64,000 bases of DNA, from IMG/VR virus record IMGVR_UViG_3300005444_000009, positions 2,191 to 66,190 of that record, one strand, 5' to 3'. The stretch comes from a virus (taxonomy: Duplodnaviria; Caudoviricetes). Positions 16,343 to 24,603 of the stretch are shown here, piece by piece. How positions within the stretch are numbered: the stretch's first letter is position 1; every line of letters starts with the position of its first letter. The notes below the pieces were generated by a model that had not been told where the DNA came from, ran no database searches, and saw nothing but the letters and a program-made list of their open reading frames with translations. A program made the position numbers and the translations under genes.

Positions 16343-16351
16343 TCTTCTTCC

Positions 16352-16633
16352 TCACTTCTCGTGCTTCTTCATGCTGCGCCAGAAGAACGTAAACACGACG
16401 GCCAGAATGATCGCCGTGACGATCAGCGACGTCGCGTTGAACGCGACGGCGCGCTCTCCGTTGTCTGGAGCTGGCGAAGGCGACGGCGCCGCGGCGTGCG
16501 CCGCGTTGTCGCCGATCGGCCAGCAGCCGGTCAGGATGGCCGTGCCGATCCAGATGAGCAGAATCAGTGGAACGATCCACGCCCACCAGCTCTCGGGAAT
16601 CTTGAACTTCCGATCCGCCACACATTCTCCCAT
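16352..16633 (-). CDS. Two-TM membrane protein
   Basis: Two hydrophobic helices joined by an APSPSPAP linker; start uncertain. Confidence 0.6.
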   Translation of the reverse strand: MGECVADRKFKIPESWWAWIVPLILLIWIGTAILTGCWPIGDNAAHAAAPSPSPAPDNGERAVAFNATSLIVTAIILAVVFTFFWRSMKKHEK

Positions 16634-16647
16634 CTGCAGTTGTTTAC

Positions 16648-16689
16648 CTGAGTTTATCATACCAAACGAGTATGATCAAGTAAACTCAG
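16648..16689 (-). promoter_or_regulatory. Promoter embedded in a 42-bp imperfect palindrome
   Basis: TTTACT-N17-TATGAT inside CTGAGTTTATCATAC-N7-GTATGAT-CAAG-TAAACTCAG. Confidence 0.6.
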
Positions 16690-16776
16690 TTCTTAAGATT
16701 TACACCGACGGTCTCATCGGCAGCCGCCTCACGGCTGGACCCGCTCTGCCTCCCGGCGATCGGGTTTCGACCTGTC

Positions 16777-17412
16777 TTACTTGTCGGCGTCCACGACCTC
16801 GAACGTGGGCTCATCGCCCTCGTCGGGCACCTGGCCGACCTGCTCCTCGAGCACCTCGGTCAGCTCATCGTCATCGTCGACCGCGTCGACCGCGTCGGCC
16901 GACTCGGCGAACACGACGTCGTGGCGCGAGAAGACGTCCTCGACGAACCCGTCCGGGTGGATGATGCGCATCCGCGCGTCATCTGACATGTCCTTCATGC
17001 GCTCGCCGATCTCGTTGCGCGCGGCGGTGAAGGTGCGCGAGCGCCAGTCGATGCCGTTCTCGCCGTACTGCACGCGCTCCCAGACCTCGCCGGCCTCCGG
17101 GTCGACGCCGGTCAGGGTCTCGATGTACCGCCACCGCGGAACGATGACCTCCTCGTGGAACGTACGCTTCACCACGCGGTAGCGCTCGTGCGTGTCGGCG
17201 TCCGGGTCCTCCTCCGCGCGCAGCGTATCAACATAGTTCGCCGCAGTCACGAAGCGCCGGGAGCGCCACCGGAGCGCGACGACGTTGCCGTCCTTGACGA
17301 AGGGAACGTCGGACCAGACCTCCTGCTTAAGCACCTCCGGGTGCTCCGGAGTGGGCTGGGTCTCGACCTCGCCGATGTACCGCTGCACGTAGTGGAAGGT
17401 ACCGTTTTCCAT
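16777..17412 (-). CDS. Hypothetical protein with internal duplication and acidic tail
   Basis: EVW...WRSRxFxxA appears twice; D/E-rich C-terminus. Confidence 0.7.
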   Translation of the reverse strand: MENGTFHYVQRYIGEVETQPTPEHPEVLKQEVWSDVPFVKDGNVVALRWRSRRFVTAANYVDTLRAEEDPDADTHERYRVVKRTFHEEVIVPRWRYIETLTGVDPEAGEVWERVQYGENGIDWRSRTFTAARNEIGERMKDMSDDARMRIIHPDGFVEDVFSRHDVVFAESADAVDAVDDDDELTEVLEEQVGQVPDEGDEPTFEVVDADK

Positions 17413-17514
17413 GATCTTCTCCCTCTGTGGGGTTCTCAGACGTGGCTTCTAGTTAGGGCCATCATCAGCAGTCGCGTTACGACTGGACACCCGGTAATGG
17501 GCGGGTGTTTCGGC

Positions 17515-17628
17515 CTAGCGGGACAGCACCTTCAGCAGGAGGTAGCCTCCCACGACTAGCACCATCGACCCAATCATGATCCAGGGGTGGTCCAGACCCC
17601 ACTGCAGGACGTCCCAGCGCGTAATCAC
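17515..17628 (-). CDS. 37-aa single-TM microprotein
   Basis: Not in ORF track. GTGA overlap with upstream gene; MITRWDVLQWGLDHPWIMIGSMVLVVGGYLLL. Confidence 0.5.
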   Translation of the reverse strand: MITRWDVLQWGLDHPWIMIGSMVLVVGGYLLLKVLSR

Positions 17629-17777
17629 GGCTGGCAGCAGCGGTAGTCGCCGCAGCTCTCACCCGGGGCAAGCTCGGGGCAGAGGTTCTGGGAGTAGTGG
17701 TAGTGGCCGCAGCTGCGGCAGTGGTCCTCATCGCGAACGAGCTCGAACTGCGGGTCGTCATCTTCGATGTAGTTCAT
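17625..17777 (-). CDS. 50-aa Cys/His-rich microprotein
   Basis: Not in ORF track. AGGAG SD; CRSCGHYH...C...CGDYRCC. Confidence 0.6.
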   Translation of the reverse strand: MNYIEDDDPQFELVRDEDHCRSCGHYHYSQNLCPELAPGESCGDYRCCQP

Positions 17778-17817
17778 CTTCGGTCTCCTTAGTTGGCCGT
17801 TTTTTCCTCCTGAGTTA

Positions 17818-17854
17818 ATTGTATCACATTATTGTGACCATAGTCACAATAATG
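17818..17854 (-). promoter_or_regulatory. Promoter overlapped by a 12-bp inverted repeat containing a perfect CRP-type box
   Basis: -10 TACAAT; CATTATTGTGAC-CATA-GTCACAATAATG; TGTGA-N6-TCACA at 17833-17848. Confidence 0.6.
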
Positions 17855-17886
17855 CGGTAAAACTTTTGTCACGTTTGTGACTTATT

Positions 17887-18201
17887 CTAGTCCTCGGCCG
17901 CGATAGTCGTGCCCGGGAAGTACAGGATGACGTCCAGACCCATGTTGTCGAGGCAGGGCCGCGACATCATCTCGGCGAGCAGGCCGCGGTTCTCGATGTC
18001 ATTGTGGAGAACTACAGCCAGCGCCGCGCCGAGCGCGGCGATGTGCTGAAGCTCGATGACGAAACCCACGCAGTGCGTGCCGCCCATGCCGCGACCAGAG
18101 TAGGTCTCGCGAATGTAGTCATCGCCGACCCCGACGCCGAACATATCGAAGAGAACGCCCTCGACCGCAGCGAGCTGGCTGCGCTTAATCGTCCTTCTCA
18201 T
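17887..18201 (-). CDS. Hypothetical protein
   Basis: GAGGAG SD; YSGRGMGGTHCVGF and LDNMGLDVILYFP are conserved-looking motifs. Confidence 0.7.
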   Translation of the reverse strand: MRRTIKRSQLAAVEGVLFDMFGVGVGDDYIRETYSGRGMGGTHCVGFVIELQHIAALGAALAVVLHNDIENRGLLAEMMSRPCLDNMGLDVILYFPGTTIAAED

Positions 18202-18217
18202 CTTCTCACTCCTCAGC

Positions 18218-18430
18218 TTAGAACTTCTCGACGGGCGTGCAGTCGTACTGCACGATGTAGTTGCGAACGACGGCCTTGGCCTGAGTCTCGACGGCCCGGC
18301 GGCCGTTGACTATGATGACATATGAGTCTCGACCGTACCGCGCACGCGGCGCGGCGAGGAACGTACGAACGCACACCTTATCTCCGGTGCTCCGGCTGAC
18401 GTACCTAGAGTCGACGTACGGACGCTTCAT
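18218..18430 (-). CDS. Basic hypothetical protein
   Basis: Start reassigned to ATG 18430 after AAGTGAGGAGTGAGAAG. Confidence 0.6.
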   Translation of the reverse strand: MKRPYVDSRYVSRSTGDKVCVRTFLAAPRARYGRDSYVIIVNGRRAVETQAKAVVRNYIVQYDCTPVEKF

Positions 18431-18441
18431 CTTCTCACTCC

Positions 18442-18567
18442 TCACTTAATCAGTAGAACCACTGCGTAGATCAGGGCGCCGCCGACCAGCAAGCCACCCA
18501 CAATCATGCCGCTGTAGGCGATCGCGGCGATGAACAGCTCAACCAGGTTCTTTTCCGTTTTCCTCAT
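18442..18567 (-). CDS. 41-aa TM microprotein (leaderless)
   Basis: Not in ORF track. ATG 6 nt below -10; long hydrophobic run. Confidence 0.6.
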   Translation of the reverse strand: MRKTEKNLVELFIAAIAYSGMIVGGLLVGGALIYAVVLLIK

Positions 18568-18573
18568 ACGTTA

Positions 18574-18602
18574 ATCATATCACATTAATGTGATGTATGC
18601 AA
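18574..18602 (-). promoter_or_regulatory. Sigma70-type promoter with perfect 16-bp palindrome
   Basis: TTGCAT-N17-TATGAT; ATCACATTAATGTGAT at 18579-18594. Confidence 0.75.
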
Positions 18603-18622
18603 CTACTAATGTGAGCTAATTT

Positions 18623-20221
18623 TCAGTAGCCTCGACGCTCCCCGGACCAGCTACCAAACCCGGCGTTCGATCCTAGGCCGGTGAAGCTGCCGTTCATCAG
18701 GTCGCTGGCACCGACGGAGCCGAGAAGGCTGGGCGCCTCCAGTAGCGCGTTCGTCTTGAGCTCAGCCGTCCAGCTCGCGGGCACGAACGCCAGCAGCGCA
18801 GACTCGGCCAAGTCGGGCGACACGCCGAGCCTCTCGATGATCTTACTCTTCGCCTCGATCTGCACACGACCCTTAGCGTCGACGATCTTATACAGCGGCA
18901 TCGTCAGCTCGCTGATCAACTGGTCCTGCAGCTCTGGGTTCAGCGCAGATAGGTCCCAGCTCTTCGTGCGCGACAGCTCGCGGCCAAGCCACCACATCTC
19001 GGCGCGGCGGTTAAAGTACAGGTGCTCGTTGCCCACCGTAGCCGTCATCGCGACGTTGATCGGCACCACGGACGCGTCGTGCCCCGTCGCATCGGTCGCA
19101 CGCTGCGCGTCGAGCACCTCCAGTGGCGCCGAGGCGTGCCTGCTGGACAGGGCGCGTAGGTGACCGTAGACGCCCCAGCCGACGCCGATGCTGTCGACCT
19201 TGACGAACGCGACGCCCCACTCGCGTAGAAGCTGAACGATCGACCCGACTGTGGTCGTTGGGTCGGGCGACACGAACTGCTGGACGTGAAGTATCGTGTT
19301 GCCTCGTCGGATCGTCACGACGGTCCGGTCGTTCCCGGCGCCGACGTCGACCCCGGCCTCGGTGTGCATCGTCGGGTCGACAGGCAGCTCGAGGTAGCGA
19401 CACTGCGACGCCCAGTCGTGCGGCACGACCTGCCAGGGCGAGCCGACGGTCGGAAAGTTACCCTCGCACTTTGACTGGAACAGCGCCGAGTGCGCACCCC
19501 AGACCTTACGGCGGTCCTCCACCCAGCCGGGGCTAATGAGCATCTCGCGCAGGCGGTCGGAGACGACCTCACCGGTAAAGTTTGGCGTGTGCTGATAAGA
19601 AATGTGAATTACGTGCCAACCCGAGCCCGGCTTGCAGATGTCCTCGAACATACCAGCGCCGTCGGGGTTACCCACGGCCACCATGCGCGCGTTCTCGTTG
19701 GACGCCAGTGATGACCCCTCGTTCCACAGGTGCAGGGGTATCCCGTACGCCTCGTCGAATATCACCATGAGGTAGCGAGCGTGAAGGCCCTGGAAGGCGG
19801 CCTCCACGTGGTCGGGTGGCTTCCGGCCGAGCGCCGCCAGGAACTTTCCGAGGAACCACTCCCGCTTATTGGTGTGGCCGGCGAGGCCGAGTCGCTCGTG
19901 GTGCTGGTTGATCTCGTTCCACAGAACCGCGTCGACCTGCTTAGACGTCGGCGCCGTTGAGATGACGCGAGCCTCACCTGCCGGGTGAGCGTCGATCCAC
20001 CAGCACGTCAGCAGTCCCATTGTGTAGCTCTTACCCGCGGAGTGGCACGATCGGATCGCCACCTTCGGGTGATCCCGGACGGCCTGCAGAATCTCACGCT
20101 GCTTCGACCAGATCTCGACCTTGGCCCGCTCGATCGCCCAGCGCGTCGGGTCGCGGCGCCACTTCAGGTTGGCGGGCGCCGCGTACTCGGCGAACAGCTG
20201 AGCTCTCGTCTTAGCCTGCAC
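18623..20221 (-). CDS. Terminase large subunit
   Basis: Walker A IRSCHSAGKS, Walker B VIFDEA, nuclease motifs GVDVG and SPDLAES. Confidence 0.9.
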   Translation of the reverse strand: MQAKTRAQLFAEYAAPANLKWRRDPTRWAIERAKVEIWSKQREILQAVRDHPKVAIRSCHSAGKSYTMGLLTCWWIDAHPAGEARVISTAPTSKQVDAVLWNEINQHHERLGLAGHTNKREWFLGKFLAALGRKPPDHVEAAFQGLHARYLMVIFDEAYGIPLHLWNEGSSLASNENARMVAVGNPDGAGMFEDICKPGSGWHVIHISYQHTPNFTGEVVSDRLREMLISPGWVEDRRKVWGAHSALFQSKCEGNFPTVGSPWQVVPHDWASQCRYLELPVDPTMHTEAGVDVGAGNDRTVVTIRRGNTILHVQQFVSPDPTTTVGSIVQLLREWGVAFVKVDSIGVGWGVYGHLRALSSRHASAPLEVLDAQRATDATGHDASVVPINVAMTATVGNEHLYFNRRAEMWWLGRELSRTKSWDLSALNPELQDQLISELTMPLYKIVDAKGRVQIEAKSKIIERLGVSPDLAESALLAFVPASWTAELKTNALLEAPSLLGSVGASDLMNGSFTGLGSNAGFGSWSGERRGY

Positions 20222-20230
20222 CAGCTCAGC

Positions 20231-20401
20231 CTAGCTCAGGGTCCAGCCGAGCATCAGGTCGCGCAGGTTGAGGCCCGCCGCGTAGATGAGGCCGAGCAGT
20301 AGAAGAACGCTGGCGGCGTACCGGTGCAAGTTACGCTCAACCCAGCGCTTCACCCGGTTCCACCAACTACGACGCTTGAACGGAAGTGCATAGGTACTCA
20401 T
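20231..20401 (-). CDS. Small TM protein
   Basis: Start reassigned to ATG 20401; C-terminal hydrophobic helix. Confidence 0.55.
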   Translation of the reverse strand: MSTYALPFKRRSWWNRVKRWVERNLHRYAASVLLLLGLIYAAGLNLRDLMLGWTLS

Positions 20402-20461
20402 AGTGACTAACTGTAGCACGCGTGTCAAACCGTAGCCACACTAAGTCACATTATGTACGGC

Positions 20462-20495
20462 GAAGGCCCCCAGCCTGGCGGGGCTGGGGGCCTTC
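20462..20495. terminator. Terminator-like hairpin
   Basis: 14-bp stem GAAGGCCCCCAGCC with 6-nt loop. Confidence 0.7.
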
Positions 20496-20521
20496 TCCTC
20501 CCGGGGATTAAGGTCTAGGTG

Positions 20522-21061
20522 CTACTTCTGGTCGACGTAGAGCTGAGGCGCCTTAACCGCCAGCGGCCGGTCGGTCTGCTGATACATGCCGTTCCACGTC
20601 ACCTTCGTGCCGTCCACGGTGAAGAAGAAGATGCCGTCCTCGTTCGGACCGTAGGAGCCGTCGTCACCCGGCGCCTCACCGAGCGCGTAGCACGCGGCGT
20701 CGGCGTAGGTGCAGATGTGAACCGCGGAGTCCATCGGCGCCATCTGCGACTGGTTGCTGGACACCTTACCCTTCACGACGTAGTACCCGATGACCTCACC
20801 GGTCCACGAGAACGTGTAGACGTAAGTGACCCGGTTCGGGTCGTTGTCACGGTCGAACTTGCGCCTGAGGTTAACGCACTCCTGCGACTCGTTCTTCTCG
20901 CCGCAGAGCACGACCGACTTCTCCTTGTTGGCGCGAGCCTCCTCACCCTTCGTTGAGGTCGAGCCGCCGCAGGCAGTAGCCACAACGAAGACGGCGACGA
21001 CGCCGAGGCCAGTCAGGCTCTTCACCAGTGTGGACACCTTGATCGTACGCTCACTTGTCAC
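20522..21061 (-). CDS. Lipoprotein of unknown function
   Basis: VVATAC lipobox; GKVSSNQSQM and DGSYGPNEDGIFFFT are conserved-looking motifs. Confidence 0.75.
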   Translation of the reverse strand: MTSERTIKVSTLVKSLTGLGVVAVFVVATACGGSTSTKGEEARANKEKSVVLCGEKNESQECVNLRRKFDRDNDPNRVTYVYTFSWTGEVIGYYVVKGKVSSNQSQMAPMDSAVHICTYADAACYALGEAPGDDGSYGPNEDGIFFFTVDGTKVTWNGMYQQTDRPLAVKAPQLYVDQK

Positions 21062-21501
21062 TTCACGTTCTCCTTGCAGTCGGTCCGGGAGTCCTCGTCA
21101 TTGATCCGGTTGGGTGTCTCGCTGTCGTGCCAGTCCTCGACCAGGACCTTGCCCGACTCCGCGTTGTAGTCCTCCACAGCCGTCCGGCAAGCCATGATCT
21201 GGCCGTCCAGGTTCTGCTGCGCGATGCGGTCGTTGGGATGCGCCCTGACGGTCGCCGCGAGCTGGTCGATGTTCCGGTCCAGCGCGATGACCCCGTAGTA
21301 CTTATCCCGCAGCATCGACTGCGCCGCCACGCGGTTTTTGGCGTTCTGGTTCATGATCACCGTGTCGCCGTCGCCCTTGATCCCCGCAGTGTTGACGCGG
21401 AAGAACCAGACGCCGATCGAGATCGCGGCGATGATGCCCAGTACCAGGAGTCCAACCCCAAGAATCTTCCAGATGCTCGGGCCTTCGTCGTAGTCGTTCA
21501 C
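21058..21501 (-). CDS. Single-TM coiled-coil protein coupled to the lipoprotein
   Basis: N-terminal TM; CRTAVEDYNAES; 4-nt overlap with next gene. Confidence 0.75.
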   Translation of the reverse strand: MNDYDEGPSIWKILGVGLLVLGIIAAISIGVWFFRVNTAGIKGDGDTVIMNQNAKNRVAAQSMLRDKYYGVIALDRNIDQLAATVRAHPNDRIAQQNLDGQIMACRTAVEDYNAESGKVLVEDWHDSETPNRINDEDSRTDCKENVK

Positions 21502-21566
21502 CGGGTTTTAGTCTCCCCTCTAGTGGTGAACTCGCTCATACAGACTAATGTATCACACGTCTGCAA

Positions 21567-21947
21567 CTAAACGGGTCTAACCTCACCAAGATTTAGTAGA
21601 ACCTCGCTGGGCTCCACCTCGCCACCGGTCGCGACGTCCACGTCGAGCGTCCAGGGCGACCGCAGCGTCACCTGCCGCTTAATGAGAACCAGGCCGTCGC
21701 GCGCGTCCATGCCGTTGCGTCGGCGGTCCTCGTTGGTCAGGCGCGCGTGGCGCAGGATTCGGTCGCCGTCGTCGTCCTCGTACAGCGGAGTCTCAAGAAG
21801 CAGCTCTCGCATGGAGTCTGGGATTGTGCCGCCGTTCGACTTGAACTTCGGCTCCCAGACCTGCTCGTCGTTGAAGACCCCGAACGTCGTTGTGACCGTG
21901 AAGTCGTTGACGTCGAAGCCCTCGAATGTGTCGTGTTGTTCGCTCAT
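21567..21947 (-). CDS. Hypothetical protein
   Basis: 126-aa ORF in operon context. Confidence 0.65.
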   Translation of the reverse strand: MSEQHDTFEGFDVNDFTVTTTFGVFNDEQVWEPKFKSNGGTIPDSMRELLLETPLYEDDDGDRILRHARLTNEDRRRNGMDARDGLVLIKRQVTLRSPWTLDVDVATGGEVEPSEVLLNLGEVRPV

Positions 21948-22030
21948 CCGAAGAACCCCAGTAGGTAGAGTACGAACCCCAGCAGCGCCGCGATGATCAG
22001 TGCTGTACCAATCTGATCAAGTACCTTCAC
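21944..22030 (-). CDS. 28-aa TM microprotein
   Basis: Not in ORF track. MKVLDQIGTALIIAALLGFVLYLLGFFG; 4-nt overlaps on both sides. Confidence 0.55.
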   Translation of the reverse strand: MKVLDQIGTALIIAALLGFVLYLLGFFG

Positions 22031-22575
22031 TGGTGCCTTACCTCCTCCCGGGCGTGCTCGGGCAGACCGAGCTTACCCCAACGGTTCCACAGTTCTTGAC
22101 TTCGTGCCGCGGTACACGCGTCGCACGGCACGTTGTACGACGTGAGGTGCCGGTTGTACCCGCGCAGCGTCCCGACGTCGGAGCCGCAGGTGGGCACCAG
22201 TGAGTGCCTGGTGACGTTGCGCCGCAGCGGCGTAGGCGACGCCGCGGGTACCTCGGTGACCTCCGTCTCGCCCTTCTCGTAGCGCCGCGCCTTGCGCATT
22301 GCCTCACGGGGCTGCCGTGCTGCCTTGTGATACCGGTCGACCCGGCCGTAGGCGTTGAGCCGGAAGTCGGCGACGCCGAAGTCCTGCTTGACCCTGAAGC
22401 CGAGCGCCGCGAGTACCTCGGCGCAAGCCCAGATCTGCTCATCATCGTCGCCGTCCGGATCGTAAAACGTGCTGGCGACGAAGAGGGCCGTAGCCCGCAG
22501 CTCCTGAGGAGTACGACCTACGGCCGGAGTAATGTGCCTCTTGTGCATGGAGTCGCCGTCGGTCTGGGACCTCAC
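22027..22575 (-). CDS. Hypothetical protein with C-terminal CGTxxGY..H..C..C metal-binding motif
   Basis: CGSDVGTLRGYNRHLTSYNVPCDAC, a motif common in actinophages. Confidence 0.7.
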   Translation of the reverse strand: MRSQTDGDSMHKRHITPAVGRTPQELRATALFVASTFYDPDGDDDEQIWACAEVLAALGFRVKQDFGVADFRLNAYGRVDRYHKAARQPREAMRKARRYEKGETEVTEVPAASPTPLRRNVTRHSLVPTCGSDVGTLRGYNRHLTSYNVPCDACTAARSQELWNRWGKLGLPEHAREEVRHQ

Positions 22576-22823
22576 TTGACGCCCCAGCAGACCTGGAGCC
22601 CGTTGTTCGCGGCGGGCTCACACGTTACCTGGGTGTTCGGCTCCCTATCGGCATTCTTCGGTACGCAGCCGCTCAGCAGCAGACCGGCGCCGATCAGCGT
22701 GAGCCATAGGACCGCCATGATAATCATCCAGCCCCAACGGTTCGAGAACCCAACCCAGCGGCGACGTCCGCAGCGCAAGTCGTCGCAGACCAGAGCAAAT
22801 TGTCCCCTGTACCTTCGTCTCAT
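22572..22823 (-). CDS. Lipoprotein-like protein with N-terminal Cys motif
   Basis: GAGGAG SD; TM helix ending in LLSGC. Confidence 0.55.
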   Translation of the reverse strand: MRRRYRGQFALVCDDLRCGRRRWVGFSNRWGWMIIMAVLWLTLIGAGLLLSGCVPKNADREPNTQVTCEPAANNGLQVCWGVK

Positions 22824-22833
22824 CTTCACTCCT

Positions 22834-23103
22834 CTACAGCGTGACGTTGTGGTAGAGCCGTGCGTGACGAGCTGCGGAGCCCCACGCGTCACTCCAGGTT
22901 TGCGTCGTTGACATGACCACCTTGTACTCGACGATGCAGCAGTCACAGCGCATTCGCCAGACTACGCGAGTGTCGGAGCGCCAGCGCTGGTCATCTCGCC
23001 AGATCTTAATCTTTCCGCTCAACCAGATCACCCTCACGTCACGCTCGGGAAGCCAAACTCTCTCGCCGTTCCGCCAGACCCGGCGCCCTTGCGCGTAGGA
23101 CAC
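22834..23103 (-). CDS. Trp/Arg-rich hypothetical protein
   Basis: ORF in operon context; CDCC...H motif. Confidence 0.55.
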   Translation of the reverse strand: MSYAQGRRVWRNGERVWLPERDVRVIWLSGKIKIWRDDQRWRSDTRVVWRMRCDCCIVEYKVVMSTTQTWSDAWGSAARHARLYHNVTL

Positions 23104-23132
23104 GATGGGGCGCGGGATCCGGTAGGTCGGCG

Positions 23133-23528
23133 CTAGTCTTTTGGGTCCTCCACGGCCGGAACGTCGGGAGGCGCGGTGTAGTCCATGTCCGCCGTCAGCG
23201 GGTGACCGTCGTCCCTGAACACGACCCGAACGCTCTCCGCGTCACGCATCACGTAGGTCAACCTCTCCCAGTCGAGCCGGTTCGGCCGACCCGTGTCGAG
23301 AGCGTCGCTGGTGATGCCGGACAGGTACCACTGCGTGTCCGTGGCCTTAACCGCGGCGTAGTGGAACACCGTATCGCTGTCAGCGTACACCTTGTCAAAC
23401 GCAATGATGGTGCCGACCTCGAAGCGGTCGCCGGGGAAGCGCTCCAGCTCCGTCAGCTCCTGCTGCATGTTAGCGATCTGCGCCCGCAGAACGTTGACGC
23501 GACTCACGCGCGTAACTCGACTCGTCAC
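23133..23528 (-). CDS. Hypothetical protein
   Basis: Strong SD; YAAVKA...WYLSG motif. Confidence 0.7.
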   Translation of the reverse strand: MTSRVTRVSRVNVLRAQIANMQQELTELERFPGDRFEVGTIIAFDKVYADSDTVFHYAAVKATDTQWYLSGITSDALDTGRPNRLDWERLTYVMRDAESVRVVFRDDGHPLTADMDYTAPPDVPAVEDPKD

Positions 23529-23690
23529 TTCCTCACTCCTCTCAATCTCCTTGGCGTACTGACCGGCCAGCGCTGTGAAGGTCCGGCCGGTACCCAGGAA
23601 CCCCTGGTTAATTCCTCCCGGTAAGACTCATTCCGGGACACGTCGTGCCGTTCCAGTGGTTAGGGGTGTGGCGGATGCGTCTTAGTGTTT

Positions 23691-23867
23691 TCACAGCGCA
23701 GCATCGCTACCCTGATGAATGGGGCATCGTTCATCCTGATCCAGTATCCTCTCTGCCCACTCGGTAGGCTCACGCGGGTCGACGCCAAAGCCTCGCAGCC
23801 AAGCGCACGTGCACCCAGCGACGCGCGCTTCGTAGCAGTCCTGACCCGGCTCCAGCTCGATTCCCAC
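23691..23867 (-). CDS. 58-aa protein with CTC...CPIH motif (leaderless)
   Basis: Not in ORF track. GTG 6 nt below TAGGAT -10. Confidence 0.55.
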   Translation of the reverse strand: MGIELEPGQDCYEARVAGCTCAWLRGFGVDPREPTEWAERILDQDERCPIHQGSDAAL

Positions 23868-23909
23868 GATTAGATCCTACCATATGAGTGCAACCGATAC
23901 GCCTCACGG

Positions 23910-24002
23910 TCAACCGGTTATCAGCTCACCCAGGCAAGCCACAGCGACAAACAGTACACCGATGATGACGGCGACGGTGAAGCACTTCCAGAACAGATTC
24001 AC
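23910..24002 (-). CDS. 30-aa TM microprotein
   Basis: Not in ORF track. MNLFWKCFTVAVIIGVLFVAVACLGELITG. Confidence 0.45.
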   Translation of the reverse strand: MNLFWKCFTVAVIIGVLFVAVACLGELITG

Positions 24003-24005
24003 TCG

Positions 24006-24389
24006 TCAGCACCTCTCACACTTTCTAAAGCCGGCGTTCCACTCACTTTGGGCAACGGCGTGTCGACACATTCCGACGACGTAACCCTCACGCGGCCCGA
24101 ACGCCTCCGAGACGAACGGTTCGCCGGGCGTGAAGTTGCGCGTGTATGACGTCTTCACTGCGTTCTCAGCCGTTCCGGGCATCGGGTCGACGGAGAGCGC
24201 AATGATTGGCTGGTTCCCCTCGAGCAATGCGTCGACGTCAGCCTGCCTGAACCGGCAGTGACCACCCGGCGTCCTAATCGCGCTGATCCGACCCGCCTTG
24301 GCCCAGCGCGTAACCGTCTTAGGATCCACTCGGAAGAGCGCGGCGACCTCGCCTGGGGTCAGCAGTTCCGACTTCGAGCCGTTCTTCAT
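24006..24389 (-). CDS. bldC-like: BldC-like MerR-type regulator fused to a C-terminal Cys/His domain
   Basis: LLTPGEVAALFRVDPKTVTRWAKAG..IRTPGGH closely matches Streptomyces BldC as recalled; C-terminal CRH...SEWNAGFRKCERC. Confidence 0.8.
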   Translation of the reverse strand: MKNGSKSELLTPGEVAALFRVDPKTVTRWAKAGRISAIRTPGGHCRFRQADVDALLEGNQPIIALSVDPMPGTAENAVKTSYTRNFTPGEPFVSEAFGPREGYVVGMCRHAVAQSEWNAGFRKCERC

Positions 24390-24603
24390 TCTCAACCGCC
24401 CTTCTCACTTCTCCGTCTGGCGCCATCCTAGCGCCCTCCGTCCAGTACCGGCCCGCTCCCTGCACCCACACCGAGTAGAAGTTCTCACGCTGGTCGAGCT
24501 TAATGTCGGTTGTAATGAAACCGGCGTTGAACTCGATCGCGTGCGTTGTGCCGTCATCGAGCTTCACGACAACACCAGCCCACTTAACTCTAGGACTACT
24601 CAT
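24319..24603 (-). CDS. Hypothetical protein
   Basis: Start reassigned to ATG 24603; overlaps bldC-like gene by about 70 nt. Confidence 0.5.
   Translation of the reverse strand: MSSPRVKWAGVVVKLDDGTTHAIEFNAGFITTDIKLDQRENFYSVWVQGAGRYWTEGARMAPDGEVRRAVENEERLEVGTADPRRGRRALPSGS

Noticed and set aside
23608-23704. Possible frameshifted microgene (MLRCENTKTHPPH joined to NHWNGTTCPG)
   Set aside because: No clear slippery site or SD, and it overlaps the upstream stop; cannot be told from chance without homologues
24006-24389. Excisionase implying a temperate lifestyle
   Set aside because: Similarity is specifically to BldC and no integrase or att site is visible
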